Assembly: GCA_049511715.1 (NCBI GenBank)
Contig: JBEKXU010000003.1
Coordinates: forward strand, 36,408 to 100,407
Reading direction: 5' to 3'
Length of the DNA: 64,000 bases
Source: Anaerolineales bacterium
GTDB lineage: Bacteria; Chloroflexota; Anaerolineae; Anaerolineales; RBG-16-64-43
The notes under the pieces were generated by a model, which was not told where the DNA came from, did no database searches, and saw only the letters and a program-made list of their open reading frames with translations. A program made the position numbers and the translations under genes. This document shows positions 51,401-61,754 of the stretch, piece after piece; within the stretch, counting starts at the first letter, position 1; every line of letters starts with the position of its first letter.

Positions 51401-52512
51401 AGCACCGGGATCGGGTCCTGGCGGCGCTCAGCCACGAGATCCCGGATCGCTGCCCGATGCAGATCAGTTTCACGCCCGAGTTCGCCGCGCGGCTCGAAAC
51501 GGACCTGCGGGCCCGGGGGAGCGGCAGTCACAACCCGCACGGGGGCGGCAACACCTATGAGCTGGAGCGGGCCCTCGATGAGGATATGCTCCTCTCCTCG
51601 GTGGGCTGGGTGAATTCCTACTACCAGCCCGGCTATGAGCACTGCGATTCGTACCTGGACGAGTGGGGAGTACGCTGGAAAACGGTCGAATATGCGACCC
51701 GCTTTGGGACGGGAAGGTACACGGAACCCGCGGGTCATCCTCTAGCGGAGGACACCGCCATCCAAGGCTATCGGCCGCCGGATCCGATCCGTCCGGCGCT
51801 GTATGCCGATTTCTCGCGGGTGGTGCGGGAATTGTCCCAGGAATATTGGATCGTGGGCGTCGTCGTGACCACGGTTTTCGAGTGCGCGTGGGCGCTGCGC
51901 GGCTATGAGCAGCTGTTGATGGATTTCCTGCTCAATCCGGAACTGGCGGAGCAAGTCCTGGATTTTCCTTTTCGTTATCACCAGGAGGTCGCGCGGCGAC
52001 TGGTGGAACTGGGCGCGGATATGATCTGGCTGGGAGATGACGTAGGATCCCAATCCTCCATGCTCCTGTCGCCGCAGCTCTGGCGCAGGTTTCTCAAACC
52101 GCGCCTGGCAGCCATCATTGCGACCCTGAAGGCGGTCAACCCGCAACTCAAGGTCGCCTACCACTCGGACGGCTGGATCGAGCCCGTCATTCCGGAGTTG
52201 ATTGAAATCGGAGTGGACGTCCTGAACCCAGTCCAGCCGGCCGTCCTGGATCTGGAGGGGTTGGCCCGGCGATACGGGACGCGCCTGTGCTTCTGGGGGT
52301 CGATCGATATTCAGCGGACCCTGCCGTTTGGAAGCCCCTCCGACGTGGCGAATGAGGTGCGGGCACGCCTGCGGACGCTCGGGCGGCACGGCGGTCTGGT
52401 GATTGGACCGACCCACAATGTTCAGCTTGATACTCCCCTGGAAAACTTCTGGGCGATGGTCAACACGATTGTCCAAACGCCCTATTCCTCCCTTTCCCTG
52501 GGGGACACCTAG
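51397..52512 (+). CDS. URO-D/MtaA-fold protein, copy 2
   Basis: RDRV..AL.HE.PDRCP, DEWG, GDDVG.Q, YHSDG, LNPVQP, FWGSIDIQ and PTHNVQ. Confidence 0.85.
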   Translation: MKHRDRVLAALSHEIPDRCPMQISFTPEFAARLETDLRARGSGSHNPHGGGNTYELERALDEDMLLSSVGWVNSYYQPGYEHCDSYLDEWGVRWKTVEYATRFGTGRYTEPAGHPLAEDTAIQGYRPPDPIRPALYADFSRVVRELSQEYWIVGVVVTTVFECAWALRGYEQLLMDFLLNPELAEQVLDFPFRYHQEVARRLVELGADMIWLGDDVGSQSSMLLSPQLWRRFLKPRLAAIIATLKAVNPQLKVAYHSDGWIEPVIPELIEIGVDVLNPVQPAVLDLEGLARRYGTRLCFWGSIDIQRTLPFGSPSDVANEVRARLRTLGRHGGLVIGPTHNVQLDTPLENFWAMVNTIVQTPYSSLSLGDT

Positions 52513-52577
52513 CCAGGCGATTCGACCGGCCCCCGCGCGCAAACCGGCTGCGGGAACCGAGGAGGAGAATGCGACGT

Positions 52578-53624
52578 ATGGATCGCGCGGGAGAGCGAAG
52601 GCATGTGACCCTGCGGCAGGTGGCCAGTCAGGCGCGCGTGTCGGCTCAGACCGTCTCGCGGGTGATCAACAACGTTCCGGCCGTCGCCCCCGGAACGCGA
52701 CTCCGTGTGCAGCAGGTGGTTTCGGAACTGGGCTACCAGCCGAATGTGCTGGCGCGGAGTCTGGTGCATCGTCGCAGCTACACCCTGGGGGTGGTCGCGA
52801 CGGGGCTGGAGTATTTTGGCCCTGCAGGCACCCTAGTCGGGATCGAGCGCCAGGCCAGCGAGCTGGGTTACTCGATCCTGCTCCATCTTCTCCCGCAGCC
52901 CCAGCTGGACAATGCAGAGCCGGCGCTCAACAGCCTGCTCTCCCGTCAGGTGGATGGGATCATTTGGGCGGTGCCGGAGATCGGCTCGAACCGCAACTGG
53001 CTCCGGAGGGAAAGTCCGCATCTCCCCGTCCCGATCGTGTTTCTGAGCATGCACGCCTCCAGCAGTCTGCCCGTTGTCTCTGTGGACAACTTTGAGGGCG
53101 GGCGGCTGGCCACGGATCACCTGCTCTCTCAGGGGTACCGGCATATCGGCCTGATCACCGGGCCGCTGACTTGGTGGGAGGCGCGTGAGCGCAGGCGGGG
53201 ATGGCGGGACTCCCTTCTGGCGGCAGGGCTGCAGGCGGATGAGCGCCAGGTCTTTGAGGGCGATTGGACTGCCTCCAGCGGCGAGCAGGGGTTCTCCTCC
53301 CTGGCCGAGCGGTTTTCTGAAATGGATGCCGTATTCGCCGGGAACGACCAAATGGCCCTGGGCGTCTTGCAAGCCGCGCATCACCGCAGCCTGCGGGTTC
53401 CCGCCGACCTGGGCGTTGTGGGCTTTGATGACATCCCGGAGTGCGCGTATTTCTGGCCGCCGCTGACGACCGTCCGGCAGGAACTGCGCCAACTGGGAGG
53501 GATGGCCGTGCATCACATCGCTGAGATGATCCGCGCCAGCCGCGGAGAGTCGGCTGCACCGGAGGAGAACACGCTCTGGGTGGCCCCGATGCTGGTCGTG
53601 CGCTTCAGTTCGACCAAAGTCTAG
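52578..53624 (+). CDS. LacI-family transcriptional regulator
   Basis: TLRQVA..A.VS.QTVSRVIN HTH, YQPN.LAR, NDQMALG, VGFDD and LTTVRQ. Alternative start 52569. Confidence 0.93.
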   Translation: MDRAGERRHVTLRQVASQARVSAQTVSRVINNVPAVAPGTRLRVQQVVSELGYQPNVLARSLVHRRSYTLGVVATGLEYFGPAGTLVGIERQASELGYSILLHLLPQPQLDNAEPALNSLLSRQVDGIIWAVPEIGSNRNWLRRESPHLPVPIVFLSMHASSSLPVVSVDNFEGGRLATDHLLSQGYRHIGLITGPLTWWEARERRRGWRDSLLAAGLQADERQVFEGDWTASSGEQGFSSLAERFSEMDAVFAGNDQMALGVLQAAHHRSLRVPADLGVVGFDDIPECAYFWPPLTTVRQELRQLGGMAVHHIAEMIRASRGESAAPEENTLWVAPMLVVRFSSTKV

Positions 53625-53685
53625 CCCGTGCCCCCTTGGAGCCTTGGTAGCCTGCGAGGTCCCGAAGACCCATGGGAGGTCATGC

Positions 53686-54705
53686 ATGACCAAACGGGAC
53701 GTGGTGAAGCAGGTTTTCCTGGGGGAGCGGCCGCTCTACGTGCCCTGGTCGTTCGGATTCACGTACGAGGCCAAAGTCAAGCTTCAGGAGCATTTCGGGA
53801 CGAGCGATCTCGAGCCGGCCCTTCAGAATCATCTGCTCAAGCTGGGGAGCGATATTGGTTTCTTCACAGAGCTCGGGGCGAACTGTGTCCAGGATGTGTT
53901 TGGGGTCGTTTGGGACCGCAGCGTAGACCGGGACATCGGGATTGTGAAGGGCTGCCGCCTGCCTGAGCCGACCCTGCGGGGGTACGATTTCCCCAACCCC
54001 CTGGACGCGCGCTTTTTCGCCGACATTCCCGATCGCATCCGCCGCTACGGCGACCGGTTCCGGGTCTTCCAAATTGGGTTCTCCCTGTATGAGCGGGCCT
54101 GGACCCTGCGCGGCCTCACCAATTTGCTCATGGACTTCTACGATCATCCCGAGTTTGTGCGCGAGCTCCTGAGCCGCATTGCGGACTACAACATCGCCCA
54201 GATCCGCGAGGCCCTGAAGTACGACATTGATGCGGTGTACTTCGGGGATGATTGGGGGCAGCAGCGCGGACTGCAGATGGGACCCGTCCTATGGCGCGAG
54301 TTCATCCGGCCGGTGCTGGCGCGAATGTACGCCGTCGTCCGTGAGGCAGGCCGATTCGTGATGATCCACTCCTGCGGAGATGTCGACGAGTTGTTCGACG
54401 ACCTGATCGAAATCGGTGTCAACTGCTTCAACCCGTTCCAGCCGGAGGTCATGGACGTCACTTCGCTCCTTTCCCGGTACCGGGGACGCTGGGCCTTTCA
54501 CGGAGGGCTGTCCACCCAAAGGACCCTGGCCTACGGAACGCCAGAGGAGGTGCGCCGCGAATCTCGGCGGCTGATCGAACTCGGCCGCCCGGGGAGCTAT
54601 ATCTTTGCGCCGGCGCACGACGTCGAAGGCGATGTCCCCCTCGCGAACATGCTTGCCTTCATCGAGGTGGCCCTTGGCCAAGAGGGATATTCGCCTTCTG
54701 CTTGA
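53686..54705 (+). CDS. URO-D/MtaA-fold protein, copy 3
   Basis: DVFG, LYERAW.LRG, GDDWGQQ, IHSCG, FNPFQPE, GGLSTQ and PAHDV. Confidence 0.85.
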   Translation: MTKRDVVKQVFLGERPLYVPWSFGFTYEAKVKLQEHFGTSDLEPALQNHLLKLGSDIGFFTELGANCVQDVFGVVWDRSVDRDIGIVKGCRLPEPTLRGYDFPNPLDARFFADIPDRIRRYGDRFRVFQIGFSLYERAWTLRGLTNLLMDFYDHPEFVRELLSRIADYNIAQIREALKYDIDAVYFGDDWGQQRGLQMGPVLWREFIRPVLARMYAVVREAGRFVMIHSCGDVDELFDDLIEIGVNCFNPFQPEVMDVTSLLSRYRGRWAFHGGLSTQRTLAYGTPEEVRRESRRLIELGRPGSYIFAPAHDVEGDVPLANMLAFIEVALGQEGYSPSA

Positions 54706-54747
54706 GCCGTCCAGGTCCCATTCGTCTGCGGCCTTGGGGGGAAAGAT

Positions 54748-55668
54748 GTGATTAGCCAAACCGCACGTCTCAACCGGCTCTTCGGGCAGGACGGGAAATG
54801 TCTGGTGGTCGCCCTCGATCACGGGTCGACCGGGGAGCCTCGCGCTTACCAAGGGTTGGAGAATCTGGGGGCCGCGGTCCGAGTGGTGGCGCAATCGCTT
54901 CCGGACGCGATCCTCTTGGGTCCGGGGCAGGCGCATTGGTTGCAGGAATTTCCCGGGCGATCCAAACCCTCGCTGCTTGTGCGCGCCGATGTGACCAGCC
55001 TCTACTCGCGCCCCGGTCCTGATCCCCTCTTCTGCAACCTCCTGGAGGGGGCCCTGGAGCAGGCGGTGCGCGCGGACGCCGTTGGTGTGGTCGCCAATCT
55101 CTTGGATCTCCCTGACCCGGCCGGGATCCGGGAACAGTGCCTGAGAAACCTCAGTCTGCTGCGTGCCTGTTGTGAGCGCTATGGGATGCCTCTCATGGTG
55201 GAAACGCGACACATGCGTCGCTCGCGTCGCTCGGGGATGTGCGAACCCAGCGGCGAAGTCGGGCATCTCGGTTCGCTTGTGCGCCAGGCCGTGGAACTGG
55301 GAGCGGACCTGATCAAGAGCGACCGCACGGGGAATCCGCAAGAGGTCGACTGCCTCGTGGAGGCCGCCTCAGGCAAGCCGTTGCTGATCCTGGGCGGGGC
55401 CGTGATGGAGGAGAAGGACATGGTCCGCCAGACGCAGGCCGTCCTCCAGCGAGGCATCTCCGGCCTGGTGTATGGACGGAACGTCTTCTCCGCGCCGGAT
55501 CCGGCCCGCAGGGTTCGCATCCTGATGGCCCTCTTGCATGAGGGCGGTTTGCCGCGGGACGTGGGGGACCCCGGGCTGGGCCAGGACCCGGGCGGCCGAG
55601 ATTCCGGGAAGCAAGAGGGGATTTCGCGGCGCGGCGGTCGCGGCCCAACCGGGAGAGGCGGCCGCTGA
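54748..55668 (+). CDS. Class I (DhnA/LsrF-type) aldolase
   Basis: VVALDHG, ELGADLIK (Schiff-base Lys), ILGG and YGRNVF. Confidence 0.8.
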   Translation: MISQTARLNRLFGQDGKCLVVALDHGSTGEPRAYQGLENLGAAVRVVAQSLPDAILLGPGQAHWLQEFPGRSKPSLLVRADVTSLYSRPGPDPLFCNLLEGALEQAVRADAVGVVANLLDLPDPAGIREQCLRNLSLLRACCERYGMPLMVETRHMRRSRRSGMCEPSGEVGHLGSLVRQAVELGADLIKSDRTGNPQEVDCLVEAASGKPLLILGGAVMEEKDMVRQTQAVLQRGISGLVYGRNVFSAPDPARRVRILMALLHEGGLPRDVGDPGLGQDPGGRDSGKQEGISRRGGRGPTGRGGR

Positions 55669-55754
55669 GGTCGCGCCCGGCATGCTCCGGAGGGCATCCG
55701 CGCCCGCGGTTGGATGAAGGAAGCTGCTGCCGGAGAAGCGCCAGGACCGCTGGG

Positions 55755-57260
55755 ATGAGTTTCCTGGGAATCGATGTCGGCACGACCGGGCTGAAGGCGG
55801 CGGTCATCTCGGACCGGGGAAGAATCCTGGCTTCGGCTTACGAGGAGTGCGCACTTCATCAACCGGAGCCGGGCTGGGCTGAGCTTGACGCGGAGGCGGC
55901 CTGGGGGCAGATCCGGCGCTTGATCCTTCGTACCGTCTCCCAGGCCAAGCGCGATCCGGTCAAAGCTTTGGCGGTGTCGTCCTTGGGCGAGGCCATGGTC
56001 CTCGTGGGCCCCCAAGGGGAAGCCCTTGCCCCATCCATCCTCAACTCGGATGTGCGCGGCGCAGAATACTTGGAGAGAGGAAAGCGTCCGATTGGGGACT
56101 CCCGCCTCTACGCCCTCAATGGCAACACCTTGGGGAACCAGTACGGCCTGACCAAGCTGCTCTGGATCCGGGACCACCGGCGATCAATCTTCGATCGGAC
56201 CGAGAAATTCCTCCCATGGGGGAGCTACGTGGCCTGGAAGTTGGGCGCCGAGCCAGTGGTGGACTATTCGCTGGCCAACCGAACTTTGCTCTTCGATCTT
56301 GAGCGGGAGACTTGGTCGGTGGAGCTGATGAGCCGGGCGGGCTTGGACCCGTCAAAGTTCCCCGAGCCGAGACGTTGCACAGAGGCCGTGGGAACCGTGC
56401 CCGTCGGCCTGGCGGCCGAGCTCGGGCTGCCGGAGGGGGTGCGGATCATTAACGGGGCCCACGATCAGTGTGCGAGCGCGGTTGGATGCGGCGTCCTGGA
56501 GGAGGGGCAGGCCGCCTGCGGGATGGGCACCTATACCTGCGTGACGCCGGTTTTCCGGAGGCGACCTCCGGCCGCCAGCATGATCCGCCGAGGGCTAAAC
56601 ACCGAGCATCATGCCGCGCCGGGAAGGTATGTCTGCTTCATCTTCAACCAGGGAGGCGCCTGGGTCCGATGGTTCCGCGGAGCATTCGCCCAGGCGGAGT
56701 GGCAGGCGGCCCGAGAGACAGGGGAGGACGTGTACTCACGATTGTTTGCCGAAATGCCGGAGGGCCCGAGTTCGGTGCAGTTTGTTCCCCACTTGACTCC
56801 GAGCAAGGTGATCAAGGCATTCTCGCCCCCTGCCCAGGGAGTCCTGGCCGGAGTCGAGCCGGGGACACCCCGGGGTGAGATCCTGAAGGGGATCATCGAG
56901 GGGGTCACCCTTGACCTGCGTCGGCGCCTGGAGTCGGTCGACACCGCCGGAATTCGGGTGGGCGAGCTGAGGGCCTCTGGAGGCGGCAGCCGCTCCGACC
57001 TGTGGCTCCAACTGTGCGCGGACCTCCTGGAACGGCCGGTGCTTCGCACGCAGGTGGCGGAGGCTGGGGTGCTGGGAGCGGCCATCATCGCTGGCGTGGG
57101 TTATGGGGTGTTTCCCAGCCTGGAAGCGGGAGCCTCACAAATGGTGGGCGCGGAGCGCCTTTTTGAACCTCGGCGCAGCGCCCGAACGGAATACGCCGCC
57201 CGCTATCAGAAGTTCCTGGAATTGAGCGCAGGATGTCGGGGATGGGCGGGAGAGAACTGA
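55755..57260 (+). CDS. FGGY-family carbohydrate kinase (xylulokinase-like)
   Basis: LGIDVGTTGLK, GAHDQ, MGT, SGGGSRS..W.Q..AD and LGAAI.AG. Confidence 0.88.
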   Translation: MSFLGIDVGTTGLKAAVISDRGRILASAYEECALHQPEPGWAELDAEAAWGQIRRLILRTVSQAKRDPVKALAVSSLGEAMVLVGPQGEALAPSILNSDVRGAEYLERGKRPIGDSRLYALNGNTLGNQYGLTKLLWIRDHRRSIFDRTEKFLPWGSYVAWKLGAEPVVDYSLANRTLLFDLERETWSVELMSRAGLDPSKFPEPRRCTEAVGTVPVGLAAELGLPEGVRIINGAHDQCASAVGCGVLEEGQAACGMGTYTCVTPVFRRRPPAASMIRRGLNTEHHAAPGRYVCFIFNQGGAWVRWFRGAFAQAEWQAARETGEDVYSRLFAEMPEGPSSVQFVPHLTPSKVIKAFSPPAQGVLAGVEPGTPRGEILKGIIEGVTLDLRRRLESVDTAGIRVGELRASGGGSRSDLWLQLCADLLERPVLRTQVAEAGVLGAAIIAGVGYGVFPSLEAGASQMVGAERLFEPRRSARTEYAARYQKFLELSAGCRGWAGEN

Positions 57261-57302
57261 CCGAAGCATTGCGCCGCTTCCCGGCCGGCTGAGGAGGCTA
57301 CG

Positions 57303-58754
57303 ATGGTCACGGACATCACGCTCGGCGTCATTGTCGGAAACCGCGGCTTTTTCCCCGATCACCTTTGCGATACGGGGCGGAAGACGATGTTGGGGATCCT
57401 GGCGGAGGAGCACGTGAAGGTGATCGCCCTCGGGCCGGAAGACACGAAGTTCGGCAGCGTGGAGACCCTCTCCGATGCCCACCGATGTGCGGAGCTCTTT
57501 CAGCAGCACCGCCGCGAGATCGCTGGGGTGCTGGTCACGCTTCCCAATTTCGGCGATGAGCGAGCCGTGGCCAACACCCTGCGCTGGGCCGGCCTCGATG
57601 TGCCGGTCCTCATTCATGCCTTCCCCGATGACCCTGAGCGGATGACCGAGAACGACCGCCGTGATTCCTTCTGCGGCAAGATCTCGGTCTGCAATAACCT
57701 GGCGCAGTACGGCATCCGCTATACGCTGACCCGCCTCCACACCATGAGCCCGGAAAGCGACGAATTCCGTGCGGACCTGGAGCGCTTTGCCAGCGTTTGC
57801 CGCGTGGCGCGAGGGCTACCAGGCAGCCGGATCGGCGCTGTCGGGACTCGACCGGCCGCCTTCAATACGGTCCGCTTCAGCGAGAAGCTGCTGGAACGGG
57901 CCGGGGTCACGATTGAACCCTTGGACCTTTCCGAGGTCTTAGGGCGCGCTGCGCGACTTGGGGAGGGAGACGCCAAGGTGAGGTCCAAGCTGGCCGACCT
58001 CAAAGCTTATGTCCCCGCCCAGGGCACGCCGCCCGAGTCCCTGGTGCGCATGGCCAAGCTGGGAGTGGTTATCGATGAATGGGCGAGCGCGAATGATCTG
58101 GTCGCCACCGCCATCCAATGTTGGACTTCCCTGGTGGAGTTCTACGGGGTGGTGCCCTGTGCTCTGATGAGCATGATGAGCAGCCGGCTCATGCCCTCCG
58201 CGTGCGAAACGGACGTTACCGGGGTCGTCGGCATGTACGCACTGGCCTTGGCTTCCGGGAAACCCAGCGCCATCGTGGACTGGAACAACAACTACCGCGG
58301 GGATCCCGACCGGGCGGTAATCTTCCACTGCTCCAACCTTCCGCGGGAAATGTTCATGACGGAAAGCGCCTCGGCCTCCGAGGCTCCGGCGATGGGCTAC
58401 CAGAACATCCTGGCCGGGACGGTCGGGAAGGAAAACAGCTTCGGCACGGTAGTGGGGAGATTGCGTCCCTCCCCGTTTACGTTTTGCCGGGTGTCGACCG
58501 ACGAGATGAATGGGCGGATCCTGGCCTACGTGGGTGAAGGGGCCTTGACGAATGACCCGCTGAAAACGTTCGGCGCCTATGGAGTGGTTCAGATCCCGCG
58601 CCTGCAGAAGTTGCTGCGGTACATCTGTGAGAACGGCTTCGAACACCATGTAGCGATCAACCTGTCGCGCAGTGCTTCGGCCGTTGAGGAGGCCCTGTCC
58701 AAGTACCTGGGGTGGGAGGTCTACAACCATACCGCGGCTGATCAGGGGATGTAA
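57303..58754 (+). CDS. L-fucose/L-arabinose isomerase family protein
   Basis: NFGDE, RRDSFCG, IQCW, ACETD, FHCSN and GFEHH. Confidence 0.85.
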   Translation: MVTDITLGVIVGNRGFFPDHLCDTGRKTMLGILAEEHVKVIALGPEDTKFGSVETLSDAHRCAELFQQHRREIAGVLVTLPNFGDERAVANTLRWAGLDVPVLIHAFPDDPERMTENDRRDSFCGKISVCNNLAQYGIRYTLTRLHTMSPESDEFRADLERFASVCRVARGLPGSRIGAVGTRPAAFNTVRFSEKLLERAGVTIEPLDLSEVLGRAARLGEGDAKVRSKLADLKAYVPAQGTPPESLVRMAKLGVVIDEWASANDLVATAIQCWTSLVEFYGVVPCALMSMMSSRLMPSACETDVTGVVGMYALALASGKPSAIVDWNNNYRGDPDRAVIFHCSNLPREMFMTESASASEAPAMGYQNILAGTVGKENSFGTVVGRLRPSPFTFCRVSTDEMNGRILAYVGEGALTNDPLKTFGAYGVVQIPRLQKLLRYICENGFEHHVAINLSRSASAVEEALSKYLGWEVYNHTAADQGM

Positions 58755-58757
58755 ACC

Positions 58758-59849
58758 ATGGACGAATTCCAAACCAAGCAGCAGCGGATTCTCCGCCTGC
58801 TTCAGGAGCGAGGCCTGGGAGCTTTGCATTTGCGCCGGGCCGGCAGCTTTGCCTGGGCGACCTGCGGGGCTAGCTCGCAGGTCAACCAGGCCTCCAGCTT
58901 CGGCGAGGCCTCGCTGCTGGTCACACCCCAGGCGCGTGTCGTGATCTGTAACAACATTGAGGCCCCGCGCTTGGTCGACGAGGAGGGGCTGGAAGCCCAG
59001 GGTTGGGAGATGCGTGTCACTCCCTGGCATGAAGACCGGGACGCGCTCCGGGCCCTTCTTCCGACCGGGCCATTCGGAGCAGACGAGTCCGAAGAGGGGG
59101 CAGTGGATCTGTCCGTGGAGGTCGCGCACCTCCGGGCGGAGCTCACGCCTCCGGAGGAACAGCGCTTCCGGGAGCTGGGCAAGCTCTGTGCGCAGGCAAT
59201 CTCCGCCGCTGCTCGAGGGGTCCGGCCCGGCCAGAGCGAGCTGGAAATTGCGGCCGGACTTTCGCGCGAGTGCGAGAATCGGGGAGTGCAAGCGACTGTC
59301 AACCTGGTCGCCAGCGATGAGCGCGTCTACCGATACCGGCATCCCCTCCCAACGGCCAAGACCCTCGAGCGGTACGCCATGCTGGTGGTCTGCGGACGAA
59401 AAGCGGGCCTGATTTGCTCCGTGACCCGCTTGGTCCACTTTGGGAAGCTGCCGGCCGAACTGGCACGGAGGCAGGAGGCCATCGCGCGGGTCGATGCCCA
59501 ATGGATCCGGGCGACCCGTCCGGGACGGGCGCTGGGCGACGTCTTCCGCGAGGGCGTAGCCGCCTATGGCGAGGTGGGCTTCCCGGAGGAATGGCGCCGC
59601 CATCACCAGGGAGGGCCGGCGGGCTACGAGCCGCGGGAGTGGCTGGCCCGGCCCGATTCCCCCGAGATCATCCGCGCCGGGCAGGCCTTTGCATGGAATC
59701 CATCCATTGAAGGAATCAAGATGGAAGACACTCAACTGGTCGGCCAGGGGGAACCTGAGATTCTGACCACCCTCACCGACTGGCCCACTATTCAGGTGGC
59801 GCTGGACGGAGGCACCCTCCCGCGCCCGGCGATCCTGGAAATAACCTAG
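58758..59849 (+). CDS. M24 (Xaa-Pro/creatinase fold) protein lacking the canonical metal ligands
   Basis: Creatinase-like N-domain, YRHP, SVTR, HHQGG, WNPS and KMEDT. Confidence 0.75.
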   Translation: MDEFQTKQQRILRLLQERGLGALHLRRAGSFAWATCGASSQVNQASSFGEASLLVTPQARVVICNNIEAPRLVDEEGLEAQGWEMRVTPWHEDRDALRALLPTGPFGADESEEGAVDLSVEVAHLRAELTPPEEQRFRELGKLCAQAISAAARGVRPGQSELEIAAGLSRECENRGVQATVNLVASDERVYRYRHPLPTAKTLERYAMLVVCGRKAGLICSVTRLVHFGKLPAELARRQEAIARVDAQWIRATRPGRALGDVFREGVAAYGEVGFPEEWRRHHQGGPAGYEPREWLARPDSPEIIRAGQAFAWNPSIEGIKMEDTQLVGQGEPEILTTLTDWPTIQVALDGGTLPRPAILEIT

Positions 59850-59907
59850 GGCGAGGGGCGCGGACAAAACCCGGTCGCCTTTCGCGGAATCATGGCCGGA
59901 GGACGAG

Positions 59908-61608
59908 ATGAGTAGACGAAAGTACACCGTCGGGGTTGATTTTGGGACTGAGTCGGGGCGGGCGGTCCTGGTCGAGGTAGGCAGTGGGCGGGAGATTGCC
60001 AGTTCGGTCTACGTGTATCGAAACGCCGTGATCGACGAATCCCTTCCGCTTCCCGGGCGGCCGGTCCGGCTGGAGCCGGATTGGGCGCTGCAGGACCCGG
60101 AAGACTACTTGAGAACGTTTCAGCGTGCGGTCCCGGCACTGCTGCGCCAGACCGGGGTGGAACCGGATGATGTCGTCGGCGTGGGGATCGATTTCACGGC
60201 CTGCACCATGCTGCCGACGAGGGCGGACGGGACCCCGCTGTGCCTGGTCCCCGAGTTCCGGCGCAACCCGCATGCCTGGGTGAAACTGTGGAAGCACCAT
60301 GCCGCACAGCCGGAGGCGGACAAGATCAATGCCACCGCCCGGGCTCTGGGAGAACCTTGGCTCTCGCGTTACGGGGGCAAGATCTCCTCGGAATGGTTTT
60401 TCGCCAAGGCGCTGCAGATCTTGGAGGAGGCTCCCGAGATCTATTCGGCGGCGGATCGGCTGATCGAGGCCGCGGACTGGGTGGTCTGGCAGCTTTGCGG
60501 GGTGGAGACCCGCAACTCCTGCACCGCAGGCTACAAGGCCATGTGGTCGAAGCGGGACGGGTTCCCGGGGGAGCGGTATTTTGCGGAGCTGGATTCTCGC
60601 CTGGCCAACATCGTAGACGCCAAGATGTCGCGACGGATCACCCCTCTGGGCCAGCGGGCCGGAAACCTCACCCCTCAGGCCAGTCGCTGGACGGGGCTGA
60701 GAGCGGGCACGGCAGTAGCCGTGGCCAACGTTGACGCTCATGTGTCCGTTCCCGCTGCCACGGTGACCGGACCGGGACGCATGGTGATGATTATGGGGAC
60801 CAGCATTTGCCACATGGTCCTGGGGCCGGAGGAACGGGCCGTCGAGGGGATGTGCGGCGTGGTGGAAGACGGAATCATCCCCGGGCTTTTTGGTTATGAG
60901 GCCGGTCAGTCGGGGGTGGGCGACATCTTTGCCTGGTTTGTTGAGTCGGCCGTCCCGCCCGAATATCACGCTGCGGCCCGGCGGGCTGGGCGGGACTTGC
61001 ACCGCCAGTTGGAGAGGGAGGCCGCGACGCTCCGGCCTGGGGAGTCGGGGCTGCTCGCCCTGGACTGGTGGAACGGCAACCGCTCGGTGCTGGTCGACGC
61101 CGATCTCAGCGGGATGCTTCTGGGGGCAACCCTGTCGACCAAGGCACCCGAAATCTACCGGGCGCTCATCGAAGCCACGGCCTACGGAACCCGCATGATC
61201 ATCGAAGCCTTCGAGCGAAACGGCGTCCGCGTGGATGAGTTGGTCGCCTGTGGCGGGCTGCCGGAGAAGAACCTGTTGCTCATGCAGATCTTTGCCGATG
61301 TGACCGGGAAAGAGATCAAGGTCACGGCCTCGCGCCAGGCCCCGGCGCTGGGGTCGGCCATGTTCGCGGCGGTCGCTGCGGGCCGGACAGCGGGCGGGTA
61401 TGATTCGATTGTGGAAGCCGCGGAGCGCATGCCACGGCTGAAGAAGAGGGCCTTTGTCCCGGCGGCTCTGAACCAGCGCCTCTACAGGCAGTTGTATCAG
61501 GAGTACACCGTGCTGCACGACTACTTCGGCCGGGGACAGAATGACGTGATGAAGCGGCTGAAAGCGATGCGACAGGAGATGCGAAGCGGGGAACTGCACG
61601 AGGCGTAG
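59908..61608 (+). CDS. araB: L-ribulokinase
   Basis: [42 protein letters not shown] and DWWNGNRS. Confidence 0.93.
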   Translation: MSRRKYTVGVDFGTESGRAVLVEVGSGREIASSVYVYRNAVIDESLPLPGRPVRLEPDWALQDPEDYLRTFQRAVPALLRQTGVEPDDVVGVGIDFTACTMLPTRADGTPLCLVPEFRRNPHAWVKLWKHHAAQPEADKINATARALGEPWLSRYGGKISSEWFFAKALQILEEAPEIYSAADRLIEAADWVVWQLCGVETRNSCTAGYKAMWSKRDGFPGERYFAELDSRLANIVDAKMSRRITPLGQRAGNLTPQASRWTGLRAGTAVAVANVDAHVSVPAATVTGPGRMVMIMGTSICHMVLGPEERAVEGMCGVVEDGIIPGLFGYEAGQSGVGDIFAWFVESAVPPEYHAAARRAGRDLHRQLEREAATLRPGESGLLALDWWNGNRSVLVDADLSGMLLGATLSTKAPEIYRALIEATAYGTRMIIEAFERNGVRVDELVACGGLPEKNLLLMQIFADVTGKEIKVTASRQAPALGSAMFAAVAAGRTAGGYDSIVEAAERMPRLKKRAFVPAALNQRLYRQLYQEYTVLHDYFGRGQNDVMKRLKAMRQEMRSGELHEA

Positions 61609-61754
61609 GCGCACCTGAAGTGCGCCCCGGAGTCAGGCGCCCTGACAGGGAAACGCTCCCATCAGCGAACCGTCTGGCCGGGCCAAGGGGCTGGCGGGCC
61701 TCCGGGATTGGAGAGCACGAGAGCGCGCGGGCGGAACCTGCAGGAGGATCTGGC

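Noticed and set aside
50177..54705. hemE heme-biosynthesis genes
   Set aside because: No RQAGR motif, a metal-type HSC/DG motif is present, and no tetrapyrrole genes are nearby.
47115..57260. AI-2 (lsr) uptake and degradation operon
   Set aside because: An SBP, FGGY kinase and DhnA-family gene are present, but the regulator is LacI rather than LsrR/SorC, there is one permease, the LsrG-like gene is about 30 kb away, and araBD points to pentose catabolism.
57939..61614. Long antisense ORFs (57939-59927, 59890-61614; similarly 143-1399, 1332-2735, 5167-6480)
   Set aside because: Shadow frames opposite well-supported genes, expected at high GC, with no recognisable motifs.
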